64,000 bases of DNA. Source: Octopus vulgaris. Taxonomy: Eukaryota. Below are positions 12,705 through 24,685 of this stretch, piece by piece. The stretch covers positions 100,688,001 through 100,752,000 of the forward strand of contig OX597822.1 of the NCBI GenBank assembly GCA_951406725.2, written 5' to 3'. The notes below the pieces were generated by a model. It searched no databases. It worked only from the letters and a program-made list of their open reading frames with translations, and was not told the origin of the DNA. The translations under genes were made by a program, and so were the position numbers. Numbering within the stretch: position 1 is the first letter of the stretch; each line of letters starts with the position of its first letter.

Positions 12705-12712
12705 TATATATA
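12501..12712. repeat. (TA)n-rich compound microsatellite; many other (TA)n tracts occur throughout the window
   Basis: Direct observation. Confidence 0.97.
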
Positions 12713-13199
12713 ATGTCCTTTTTCCTGGCCCCTCCTTAATTCTTCTGTCCCTCTGCTTCTACTTCTCTCTTCTCTTCCCACATGACCGCCAGTTAGCCAA
12801 GCCTGCTCTTTCTTTCTTGGTCTGACCCTTGTCCGTGCAACATCGATATTCTTCCCTGTGTTTGTGAAATTATTAAATCTCTGCCACAAGGCTTCATTTC
12901 CACACGCTCTCTCTCTTTCTATCGGCGATCTGGCAGAAACGTTAGCGCGCCGGGCGAAGTGCTTAGCGGTATTTCGTCTGTCGTTATGTTCTGAGTTCAA
13001 ATTCCGCCGAGGTCGACTTTGCCTTTCATCCTTTCGGAGTCGATAAATAAAGTACCACTTTCGCACTGGGGTCGATGTAATCGACTTACTCCCTTTGCCT
13101 GTCCTTGTTTGTCCCCTCTATGTTTAGCCCCTTGTGTGCAGTAAAGAAATATATATATATATAGAGAGAGAGAGATGAGAAAGTTGGTTTGTGAAAGCA

Positions 13200-15828
13200 C
13201 GTGGTTGAATATATAGAAAATAGTAAAAAGTGAAAAAACTACAGAAGGCTTGTTTTAAAAGGTTAAAAAATATATATTTGAGTCAATATGTCTGAAGAAT
13301 GTTATAAATTTTTTTCTTACAATGACATAATTTAGAAGAAATGACCGGTTTCGCGTTCAGCTTTTCAAATTTCTTACATCGTTATGTTTACGTTGAGAAG
13401 TGTTATCGTTATGTTTATGTTGAGGAGAGTTCCAGATAAGGGGAGGTAATAAGTGATTTCTTCCGGTGTAAGGGAGATAATCGCTTAAAATTTATTGCCT
13501 TTCTTTTGGAGTGAATTTCTCTGTAAAAGTATGTTGGAATAGTTAAGTTTGGGCTTGTATTTTTCAATGAAGAATGTTTCCTTGTTTAGTCTAATTTGTG
13601 TTGGTGTTCCGATAGCACATTGGTAAAATGGAAAGATTAAAAATTGTGGTAGTAGTTGCTTTCCGCATTTCTCAATGTGCTCACTAAAAGGTATCATTCT
13701 GTATTCTGGGAATGCAATCTGTTGTCGATGCAGTGTGCATCTACGTCTGAGTGATAGTCCCGTGGACCCCACGTAGTCTTGGTGGCAGCCCAAGCATTTT
13801 ATGACATAAATTATGTTTTCAGAGGCACAAGTAAAATTAGATTTGATCTTGAATTTCTGTCCCTCTTTGAAGAGGAATTCTGATTCTTCTAGCAGGTTTG
13901 GACATGTTGCACAGTTCGGTCCACCACATTTTTTTTACTTTTGCATCCGTAATTTCAGAAAACAATTTTGCCCTTGTGAGAATCTTTTTAAGTGATTTAG
14001 GTTGTTTGTAGCTTTTAATGATTTGGTGTATGTTTAGAATTTCCTTTAATTTGGGGTCCTTATGAAGTATTGGTAAATTCTGGGTGATGATGGTGAAGGC
14101 TTCTTTGTTTCTGGGGTTGTATGTGGATATGTAAGGTAGTATTTTCGGGGAAGGTGTGTTGTTGTGTTGAACTTTTCTTAAAGTTTCTATGTTGATTTCT
14201 GTTGCACGTCTGATCCCATCCTCTATGAGTTGAGCTGGGTAATGTCTGTCAATTAGGGTGTTTTTGAGTTCTTGCAGTCTAAAGTTCCTGGTATTTTGTT
14301 CTGACACTACTGTGCATATCCTTCTTGCAAGGTTGAAGGGGATGTTTGTTTTAGTGTGTCTTGGGTGGCATGAATTAAAAAGAAGGTATTGTTTGGCGTC
14401 TGTGGCTTTGTAAAAAATGTCTGTTTCTATTTTAAGGTTAATTTTTTAAATTAGTATATCCAAGAATGGGAGCTCCTTTTGGTTGTATTCCATTGTGAAC
14501 TGTATATTTGGGTTTATGCTGTTCAATAGGTTTTTAAATTTTAGGAGTTTATCTGTGTTTTCATTTCAGAGTATAAAACAATCGTCCAGGAATCGTTTCC
14601 AATTCTCTTTTATGTATTGAGAGAGGGGTTTCCAAAGATTGATAAAGATTCCTGGTAAATGATTATTTCCAGGTAGCCCATTGTTAGGTTCGCAATGACT
14701 GGTGCTGCCCTTGTACCCATAGCAATTCTGGATTTTTGACGGTAAAATGTATTGTCAAACATGAAGTGGTTATTATGTAGGATGAATTCAATTGATTTAG
14801 TAGTGAATTCTTTACTGATCCTTTTTGGTATTTCTTCTGGAAATTGGTCCAGCCAGAACTGTATTGCCTCTAGTCCATAATTATGAGGTATACTGGTATA
14901 TAAGTTAACTACATCAAATGAAACCATGATTGTTTCTTCCTTGGCTTTTTTTGGAAGGTGGTTTAACATATCTAAGTCATCTCTGATATGGCTATCAATA
15001 TGTTTAAGGAAGGGTTTCAGGAGAATGTCCATAAATAGACTTAGTCTGTGTGTTTCACAGGTTGGGCCAGCTACAATGGGTCGTAGTTTTAGGTCCCCCG
15101 GGTTAGGTGTGTGTATGTATGTCTTTGGTGATTTTTTAATGGTTTCATTTATAATTTGGCTTTTATGAATTTTTGGCAGACCATAGAAGAGGCTAGGTTT
15201 GCATTTAAAGTTTGTTAGAAAGTCAATCTCTTTGGTTGTTAGTTCCTTTTCATGGGTTTTAATTAGTGAAGATAGAGTTTTCATTATTTTTTGTGGGGTG
15301 TAGTTGGTGATTTTTTCATAATGTAGGTCGTCATCAAGCAAGGAAATTACAAGATTTCTATAGTATGATGTATCCATTATTACAACTGCATTTCCCTTGT
15401 CTGCTTCCTTAATGGTTATATCCTCATCATTTTGAAGTTCTATCAGTTCTTTCCATTGTGTAGTGTTAAAATTTGAGTTAACTTTCTGTTTATGTATAGT
15501 ATGGTAGGGAAAGTTCTCAATGTGGTTACAGAATTCGTCAAGATCTTTATTTCTTCCTCTGTGTGGGATGTGTTCACTTTTGTTCTTGACTAGTGATTCA
15601 TCTTCAGTATTGAAACTGGTTGATGCTTCTGCTAGTCTTAATTTTCTGCAAAATTCTGTTATATTATCCTTGATTTCATTTAGGTTGGCTCTGCATGGAG
15701 TTGGTGTAAATTTGAGCCCTTTTGAGAGGATGTCAATTTTATGTTAGAAAGAGGTTTGGTTGAAAGATTGATTATCTTCGGTTTTTCCTTATTACTAGGT
15801 TCCATCCTGTGTCCTGGTGTCTCTGGTA
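13200..15828 (-). mobile_element. Penelope-like retroelement (RT + GIY-YIG endonuclease), near full length, frameshifted
   Basis: Candidate ATG at 15805; KIINLS..LSKGLKFTPTP N-terminus, YGLPKIHK, LRPIV, SFDVVNLYTSIP, AMGT, WKRFLDD, FLDILI, and IYVIKC..C...YVGST (GIY-YIG); stops and frameshifts present; 3' boundary approximate. Confidence 0.93.
13336..13375 (-). ncRNA. Minimal type-I hammerhead ribozyme motif (U3:A8 variant) in the Penelope 3' region
   Basis: AAGAAAT-TTGAAAA-GC tgaac GC-GAAA-CCGG-TC-ATTTCTT: 7-bp helix I, palindromic helix III ACCGGT, GUC site. Confidence 0.75.
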
Positions 15829-15947
15829 TATATATATATAATTAATATCAAGGTAAAACATTAGAAACTTTTACTACCAGTGGCCTAGCGTGTAAAAAAA
15901 TTTGTCAATAGACTATATATTATTCATATATTTATATAAATGTACAC

Positions 15948-16006
<59 letters not shown>

Positions 16007-17180
16007 TATTAAAATATATTGCTTTTTCTAATAGATATTTTGGTCTTATATAAATACAAACGCCCGTGCGTGTGTAGCTTCCATTCTGAACTATATTGCT
16101 GTTACCCCAATATTTTAAGACAAAAGTCGACAGTAGTAAATTTTATGTGGATATTGGAGTCAAATGGAGGTAACAGACACATATCTTAAAATTGAGGTCT
16201 AACCAGTTTGACTATACCTCACCGGTGAGATTTAATAACATGAAGTATGCTGAGGTGTCACCAAACTGACAAAACATCACGTCCACTCGCCGCTGCATTC
16301 TATTTATAATTTCATTTAAATTTGATGGTTGTCTCCCCTGATTATTACATTCTATTATACATATACCATACAGTGGGATTTTGTTGCTATTTTTGGTATA
16401 TCGGAGAAAGGCTTCCTTTTTGGCTGGTATATGTGTAGTATAAATTAATGTTTCTGATAGAAGAGGTGGGAGACAGTGAAAACAGAAAAGAGGGAAGACA
16501 ACAATATATTGCACTTCCAACATTTTTTCAACTTGTCCAACACCATCATCATCATCGTTTAACGTCCGCTTTCCATGCCAGCATGGGTTGGATGAATGAC
16601 TGAGGGCTAGTGAACCAGATGGCTGTGCCAGGCTCCAATCTGATCTGGCAGAATTTCTACAGCTGGATGCCCTTCCTAACGCCAACCACTCCGAGAGTGT
16701 AGTGGGTGCTTTTACGTGCCACCGGCATGGGGGCCAGTCAGGCGGTACTGGCAACGACCTCACTCTAATCTTTTACACATGCCACCGGCACAGGTGCCAG
16801 TGAAGCGACGCTGGTAATGATCACACTCGAATGGTGCCCTTTTACGTGCCACCGGCAATGAAGCCGGTTAGCCACTCTGTCAACGATCACACTCATATGG
16901 TGCACTTTGCACCCCGCTAGCACGGATGCATATAAAATTATTTGTTTAGTTTGTCTCTGCAGATATTCTTTAGAAACTATAGCCAGCACTGATTTTTGTT
17001 ACTACGCTTCGTATACGAGACGTCAGATGTAAATAAACAATGAGACCGAAGATGAAAAATGGCAAATTGGTGTGTATGCCATATTTTAAGGGTTTTTGCC
17101 CCTTCATCAGCACCCATCCAACCTATTATCCATCCTCGAACACATTGCTGAAATAACCATTATATATATAGCGGTGTATA

Positions 17181-17583
17181 TCTTTATATATAAAAGAGAG
17201 GTTGTGTGCTGTCTGTCTCCTACGATTTAGATTCCTAACTACTCCCACATTTTGCGGTGCAGTTTAACCAAAACCGGGTATCTTATAGTCGCGATTCATA
17301 TCGAGCCCTTCTGGGTATTAGCGCGCATCTACGATGAGTCTACGATTTTAAAAATAATTCACCATCTTTTTTTTCCATTTTAATGCATTTTTTCGCTATT
17401 ATATAAGGGAAGTAACTCTCTAAAAATGTCTACGATGAGTCAACGATTTTTAAAAAAAAATTACCATAATTTTTTTCCATTTTTAATGCATTTTTTTTTG
17501 CTATTTTTTGGCTATAACTCTCTAAAAATGCTTATATAGTTATTTCCCTTACAAACCCGAGCAACGCCGGGCGATACTACTAG
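17181..17583 (+). mobile_element. Non-autonomous Helitron
   Basis: A|TC 5' end, 3' hairpin CCCGAGCAACGCCGGG then CTAG|T, no TSD. Confidence 0.85.
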
Positions 17584-17935
17584 TTTATTGAAAAAAAAAC
17601 CCAATTTACACATTAAACGCATTCCAGGAAGCTGGTACCAACAAGTCATTAGTATACAAGTAAATGAATTTAAAATTCATTTTATCTTCATAGTAAAGAG
17701 AGAGGATACAAAAACAGAATTTAAACATTGATCTAATGTATTTGTCACTTCTGTCAACGGGTGCAATTTGCATTAATTAGAATCCCTTGGTGTGCTACAT
17801 TGAGTATGTTGGTGTATACTTCAGTTTTTCCTACTGTATGTGTCCCTAGGTATTTCCCTATCACCTGCTCTACCTAGTCTTTTTATCCCCAAGCATTAGA
17901 TGTTTTCTTCCACACAACTATTATCATAAGCATGG

Positions 17936-18321
17936 TGGAGGTGCAATGGCCCAGTGGATAGGGCAGCGGACTCGCAGTCGTAGGATGGCGGTTTCGATTC
18001 CCAGACCGGGCGTTGTGAGTGTTTATTGAGCGAAAACACTTAAAGCTCCACGAGGCTCCGGCAGGGGATGGTGGTGATCCCTGCTGTACTCTTTCACCAC
18101 AACTTTCTCTCACTCTTACTTCCTGTTTCTGTTGTACCTGTATTTCAAAGGGTCGGCCTTGTCACTCTCTGTGTCACGCTGAATATCCCCGAGAACTACG
18201 TTAAGGGTACACGTGTCTGTGGAGTGCTCAGCCACTTACACGTTAATTTCACGAGCAGGCTGTTCCGTTGATTCGGATCAACCGGAACCCTCGTCGTCGT
18301 AACCGACGGAGTGCTTCCATA
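17936..18321 (+). mobile_element. SINE family C (tRNA-derived head); copies at 7988-8317(-) and 48878-49265(+), related heads at 23596 and 47855
   Basis: TGGCCCAGTGG A-box and GTTTCGATTCCC B-box; near-identical bodies; TSDs ACCATTCGTTGATAT (7988 copy) and TTCTACTGGGT (48878 copy). Confidence 0.88.
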
Positions 18322-19020
18322 TCCCATTTCCCTATCGCCTGCTCTACATAGTCTTTTTACCCCCAAGCATTAGATGTTTTCTTCCACACAGCTACTTTCA
18401 TAAGCATGGCATTCCAGGATTATTTTTCTAGATAATTTTCGGTGCTACTGTAAGAATTAGCACTTCCTTCTCTAAGCTTGGATTCGAAATCAGACCCAAG
18501 AATCATTGGTCGTAAAATACCAATGCACAAAAAGGCGCCAAATCAGAATCTCTTTGTTCTGACAAAAAATGATGGATCGTCTCCCTTCGACCTCTGACCT
18601 GAGCAGGTCAGACGAAGTTTAACAGGACGACCAGCGACCCACTTTAATGATAACTCTCTTGCGATATATCTATTTTTCTGGCTATTTGAGATTTTATAAA
18701 TAGAACGGAGAAATAGATATCTAGGGAGAACCAGAATCAACGCTTAAGAGAACGTCACGCATTTATGGAGACGACGAGAGAATATTCAGAAAGGTGACTC
18801 TGTCCTGCATGATTTACTCACACACACACACCATCAAACATATTCTCCTTTAATATGTACCATGTATTATGCATTCTTTAATATGTATTATTTGCAAGCA
18901 TTATTTAATATGCATTTTGTACAAGCGATGTGTAGCATTGCTTACAAATTGATGTAGTGAAAATAAATCTTTAATTTATTACAAAACGACTTATGTATTT
19001 ATAATACATCACGCAACCAC

Positions 19021-19665
19021 TACACTACTATAGTATGATATCTACCATTAATTTTCTACAATAGCACGATATCTACCAACTGTTGGTAGTATGAAATATG
19101 CTAAAAATCATAAAACATTTACTCTACAAAAGGAAACGAGCATAATAAACAGTTTGTAGTGTAAAACTTATTAAAAATCATTAATACCTTATCGCATCAT
19201 CAGTTTGGAACCCCTATCTTGCTCAGAACATTGACCTCCTGGAATCTGTCCAGAGACGTGCAACCAAACGCATACCCTCCATCAGACACCTACCATATTC
19301 TGAGCGCCTTGTTTCCCTGGGCATGGATTCACTGAAGCTCCAGCGTCTGGCGACGGACTTGGTAAACACCCACAAAGTTGTCAACCACCTCACCAACAAC
19401 AACACTGAACACCTTTTTGATCTCCATGTGTCCAACACACGTGGACATGCCTACAAAGTCAGAAAATAACACAGCTCCCATGACTTTCGGAAACATTTTT
19501 TCACGCTCAGAGTTGCTGAAGCAGGGAACAAACTGCCTGCGTCAGTTGTTGACTGCCATGACACTGCATCCTTTAAGGCCCTCATGCTTTCCGAAATCCG
19601 CCGAAACTACACCTGATTATATATACACTTTAGATGAGTTGTAGTGCACCTGAGCACTGTACACA

Positions 19666-19704
<39 letters not shown>

Positions 19705-20046
19705 ACAAAATGAAAAAAATAATCAAATACTGATCTTAATGTTTGTAAACTGATCTGATATAATTAAAAAAAAATGCAGTGAACAGGCCAATGTTTTCCC
19801 TGAGCCTTTTCCAACAATAATGATCCAAATGTGACTGAAAATGTTGAGTAGGTACGCCTCTGTTTTTTATCTTGAGTATTTCAGTCTTGGAATCAAGCCA
19901 TGATTGCTCACCAGTTTGTATATGAGCTCCTGATGTCGGGTCCACATAATTTGCTGAAGGCCGTAAAGTGGGTTGATCGGTAGAATGCATTGTCATTTAC
20001 AGTAGGTCGCAAATAACAAGGTAGATATTATACTATAAGTAGTAGC
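19021..20046 (-). mobile_element. Merlin (IS1595/ISXO2-like) transposon remnant interrupted by the CR1-like fragment
   Basis: ORF 19736-19996 has NYVDPTSGAHIQTGEQSW..K...RG...SHLDHYCWK, resembling the Merlin C-terminal FVDP.TGAHTQ.IE..W motif; imperfect inverted repeats at 19021-19046 and 20020-20046. Confidence 0.75.
19203..19701 (+). mobile_element. CR1-like LINE 3' fragment with (ATT)n tail
   Basis: VWNPYLAQNIDLLESVQRRATKRIP...YSERL..LGMDSL...TRGHAYK...FFTLRV...NKLP; ends in (ATT)n. Confidence 0.85.
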
Positions 20047-20457
20047 ACCTAATTTTCTTTCCTTGTCTTTTGTTTCAGTTACTGTACAGCGACGATACTA
20101 GGGCACCCCCACCCCTGAAAGGTCTAGTCTAACAAATTCACAACAACACTTTATTTATTCTTTAGTCTGGTGTTTATTCAATCGGTCTCTTTTACCAAAA
20201 TGCTTAGTTACGGGGACATAAACAAACCAGCAACGGTTGAAAGGCTTTGGAGTGACAGAATGAGAGCAACACGCATGTCAAAACAACTTTTCGACCGCTA
20301 ATATAACCAGGTGAATCGCGCACGAAATAAAAGCTAAAACTATTTTTGACATTAGATCAATCTATCGTTTCCTTATCGTCATCTTTGTCCCTAATATTCA
20401 CATAAAATTGTTAAACTTTGAAAGTACCGATCTTTTCCATTATTCTAGGACGGATTA

Positions 20458-20961
20458 TCTATATATATAAAACTGTAGTTGTGTGAGTGTCTGTCTCCTA
20501 CGATTTAGATTCCTAACTCCTCCCACATTTTGCGGTGCAGTTTAACCAAATTCGGGTATCTTATAGTCGTGATTCATATCGAGCCCGTCTGGCTATTAGC
20601 GCGCGTCTACGACGAGTCTACGATTTTAAAAATAATTTAACATTATTTTTTATTCCATTTTAATGCATAATTTTTCGTGTGTCGATGGCGGCGGAGTTGG
20701 CGTCCATGGTCACACCTGCACCTGTTTGCTTCTCCCCTCCCTCGTGAAGCTGTGGGGAAGGGAGTGTAAGGAAATCAACGTCGTAAAGCGTTGTCAAGGA
20801 GACCAGCGTTCTTTTAGAACAACGACTTCATGGCTTGAAGACACCAAAACAGAAATGGCTAAGAAAGCCCGAATTGGCATCTATAAAGGAAGTCACTCTC
20901 TAAAAATGCTTATATAGTTATTTCCCTTACAAATCCGAGCAACGTCGGGCGATACTGCTAA
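20458..20961 (+). mobile_element. Non-autonomous Helitron, same family, different internal segment
   Basis: Shares 5' ~190 bp and 3' end with 17181-17583; ends CCGAGCAACGTCGGGCGATACTGCTAA. Confidence 0.8.
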
Positions 20962-22814
20962 TATTCACATATAATTGTTAAACTTTGAAAGAACTGATCT
21001 ATCCCATTATTCTAGGACGGATTATATTTTCTAAAACTTTTCATAGGTTTATTGGAGTTAATTCCCTTGCGTTTTATTTTTTTCGAATTTTAACCCACTA
21101 GAGAGAGATTTGTCTATTAATTAAGTGGATAAACTCCAGCTAATCGAAGTTTTACGGCTTTCTACATTAGATACGAGACTCTATCGTATTTATAATTTTG
21201 CACAAAGACAGCATCCGAGATATTTTCCTTCGGCCAGCTTGGAGGCAATAAAAGGCATTACTATATTCTTTCGATATATTCGTGACGCTTGGTGTATTTG
21301 CCAACTGAATAGAATATAATTCATCGAGGAGATCGAAAAAGAGCAAAAGATGTCCGTTACTTTCACCCATTGGCTTGAAGATGAGATCCACTCAAAATTT
21401 CCCCCGTTTTTCTCCATCATATTTTCAAAGCATTGCAATAAATATCATCAGAGTTATCTCCCTTAACATAATATTTTGTATTTCTATCCTCCAGAGACGA
21501 CGACAATCTTGGTAAACCAAAAGTTTTTATTGTACGTCATTCGATACACCTGTATTTGTTAGTATAGTTCACATACATGCCACTAACCACTCTTGGTTTA
21601 TTTCTCTTAGCTATTTTTTTTTGTTTGATTTAGGTAAATCGCTTAGGCCATAAATGGCATATATATATATACATATAAATATATGGTCACTTGTACTACA
21701 TGACCACAGATTTTAGGGCCAATACTTTTTGTTAACATAAGAGTTAACAACATAACAATAATATAAATCTTTCTCATATTTATTTATGTCCTGTAGGCTC
21801 AAAGTGAGCAATAATAGCAAGTGGGCTTTGGTCAAATTAAATCTGTCTCAGTAGTTGACTGGTACTTTATTTCATTGACCCTTGGAAGGAGTTGATAATA
21901 TAAAGTTGACCATGGCAGGATTAACTGGAAAGAAGAATTGTTCACATTGAGGTCTGTAAGAATTTCAAGACTTGATTGTGGAAGCAAAAGAAAAGTAAGT
22001 TCCAAAACAGTTTTTCTTGTGTTTATATTAAGAACTATTTTGTTTTAGGAGTGATGACTGACTGATCATCATCACCGTCATGATTTATTGTCCATATTCC
22101 ATGCCAGCATGGGTTGGATGGTTTGATAGGATCTCAACAGCATCAAGATCCAACATCTGTTTCAGAATGGTTTTCATAGCCGAGTGGTTTTCCTAATGTC
22201 AAACACTTTACACAATGTACTGGGTACTTTTTCGTGGCATTGACACTACTGAGGTCACTAAGTAACTTGCAAGACAAGACTTCTTGATTGGGAGGAGGTG
22301 TAGTGTACTGAGGGGTAAGAGTACAATAGCTGGATAGGAACAAGTGTCGTGCTGTAGATGAGATACATGGCTATGCCAGTGGGAAAAGGAGATAAGATAG
22401 TGGTAGATGAGCAGGTATGTTTGCATTCAATCGACTGAGTGAATAAAATACTGCTTAAGTAATCTATGGTTTGAAACATTGCAGCAAGGGTTACGGTAAA
22501 TATATTGGATCAGTTTATAAACATGGAATTATAGGTACTTGGTTCATCATTATATGATTTAAGTTCCATGAGGTTATGAAAGGTATTTGACTGAACAAAC
22601 TAATTAAAATTCAACATTTAATGAACTAGTGTATGTCTTAAAGATATCAAACAATAACACAGTAATTAACGTCAACATGGATGGGCTATTGTGTCCACAG
22701 CGCTGTGGATTCAGTCCCACTGTGTGACACCTTGGCAAGTGTCTTCAACTAAAGCCCCAGGCTGACCAAAGCATTATGAAGGGCTTTGGTAAACAGAAAC
22801 TGAAAGAAGCTTTA

Positions 22815-23048
22815 AGGTGGCAAGCTGGCAGGAATGTTAGCACGCCGGGCGAAATGCTTAGCGGTATTTCGTCTGCCGTTACGTTCTGAGTTCAAATTCC
22901 GCCGAGGTTGACTTTGCCTTTCATCCTTTCAGGGCCGATAAATTAAGTACCAGTTATGCACTGGGGTCGATGTAATCAACTTAGTCCCTTTGACTGTCCT
23001 TGTTTGTCCCCTCTATGTTTAACCCCTTGTGGGCAATAAAGAAATAAG
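22815..23048 (+). mobile_element. SINE family B (Meta-domain-like); other copies ~2581-2808(-), 12924-13150(+), 28740-28955(-), 42021-42160(+), 45168-45398(-), 50827-51058(-), 51780-51948(-)
   Basis: GAGTTCAAATTCC B-box followed by GCCTTTCATCCTTTCGGGGTCGATAAATTAAGTACCAG core in many copies. Confidence 0.85.
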
Positions 23049-24685
23049 AAACTGAAAGAAGCTTGTCATTTATACGTGTGAGTATGTTTCCATCCATGTC
23101 CTATCATCACAGGATAGTAGTTAAACAAGTGTCACTGTTATACAAGCAGTGTTGTTTGTTTCCAGTTTCCTGTGAAAAAAAAAATTGGGGCCACAAAGAA
23201 ATATTTTGCTTGGAAATGTGAAGGTCGTTGATAGGAAGGACATTCAACTATAGAAACTTTACTTCACAGAAAAGAGGGTGTTAAATGCTGCTCGTGAGGG
23301 TGATGATAGTTGTGTGTGTCTGTATAGATAGAGAGAAAAGGAAAGTATGCATTTTATATGATTTCATAATTCATGAAACATAATTAATGTTTTTATACTA
23401 TTTATTATTATTTTAAATGTGTTGCTCTCAACTATCATTTTAGCCAATTCTGTACACACATGCTAGTTCATTGCATTGTAATAATGTTTTGGTGTTTAAT
23501 TATGCATCAACAATTAAGCTCTTAAATACCATGTCTATATTTTATGATGTTTATACATAAATGTATCCATCACACACACACATATTTATATATGTGGAGG
23601 TACATGGCTGGTGGTTAGAGCAGTAGACTCGTGGTCGAGGGATCGCGGGTTCGAATCTCAGACCGGGCGATGTGTGTTTATGAGTGAAACACCCAAGCTC
23701 CACTTGGCTCCAGCAGAAGGTACCGGCGAACTTCTGCTGACTCTTTCGCTACAAATTTCTCTCACTCTTTCCTCCTGCATCTTGTAGCTCACCTTCGACG
23801 GACCAGCATCTCATCCAGGTGGGGAACCTATACGCCAAGGAAACCGGCCCTTATGAGCCAGGCGAGACTCAAGAAGGAACATATGTAAGGCTTCGTAATA
23901 TGTACCATGCTTCCTCTAATTATTTTAGGTACCTATGTAATCATGAGTGGATGTAGACATCTTTTTGACTCTTCTGTCTCAACCTAACTGAAAATCCATG
24001 ATGTGATGACGAGAGAGAGAGAGAGAAGGCTGCAGCAGTTGGTATGCACTTTCAGCTGAACATAAAAGGAAGTGCCTTGGCTTAAGAATGCAACACATTG
24101 TTTGATCTGGGAATTGAATCGCAACCTTACAATTATAAACAACATTCTAAGCACCAGATCACTCCCTCCACAAATGCATTTCCTATTTATCTTGAACATA
24201 AGCAAACACATATACACAATTGTGCAAAACAAACCGAGATTACATCACAGATAACAGTTTCTTCAATTGACCACAGACATCGGGAATTTTCTTTGAAAAG
24301 AATTTAAGCACATGTTGGCATACTGAAATAGGTTCAGTCCTTTTATTTAAGATTATGACAAGTGGTGAATGATGAGGAATTTTTCTTATGTTTAGAGCTG
24401 TCTGACGGGTTGATTAAATGAAACTGTACCTCTGTGATTATATCACTGAGTACCTTATACTTAGCTAAACATATTTCAGTTGCTCTACACTTCTAACTCA
24501 AAATTGTATTGAGCATTTTTATGTTAGTGCCATAAATAAATAAATATATAATCAGAAAAGCATAAATTTCACATACATTTCATATTTTAATTGTATTCAA
24601 AGTGTTTCATTAAGATAAATGCCACCAAATATGAAATTTTATAACTATGATATATAATTTAATCTAAATTATGTATCAAAGCACA

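Noticed and set aside
12036-12825. ORFs rich in YIYIYI, THTH or ERERER (also 29668-30185, 39048-39230, 60004-60743)
   Set aside because: Translations of (TA)n, (CA)n and (GA)n microsatellites
17072-17115. CTGATGA-AGGG..CCCT-TAAAATATGGC hammerhead-like trace on minus strand
   Set aside because: GAAA and the NUH site are both degenerate; noted only as a probable dead copy and not called as a feature
17936-18010. tRNA-like sequences (also 23596, 47855, 48878)
   Set aside because: SINE heads continuing into a conserved SINE body, without a proper acceptor stem or Pol III terminator
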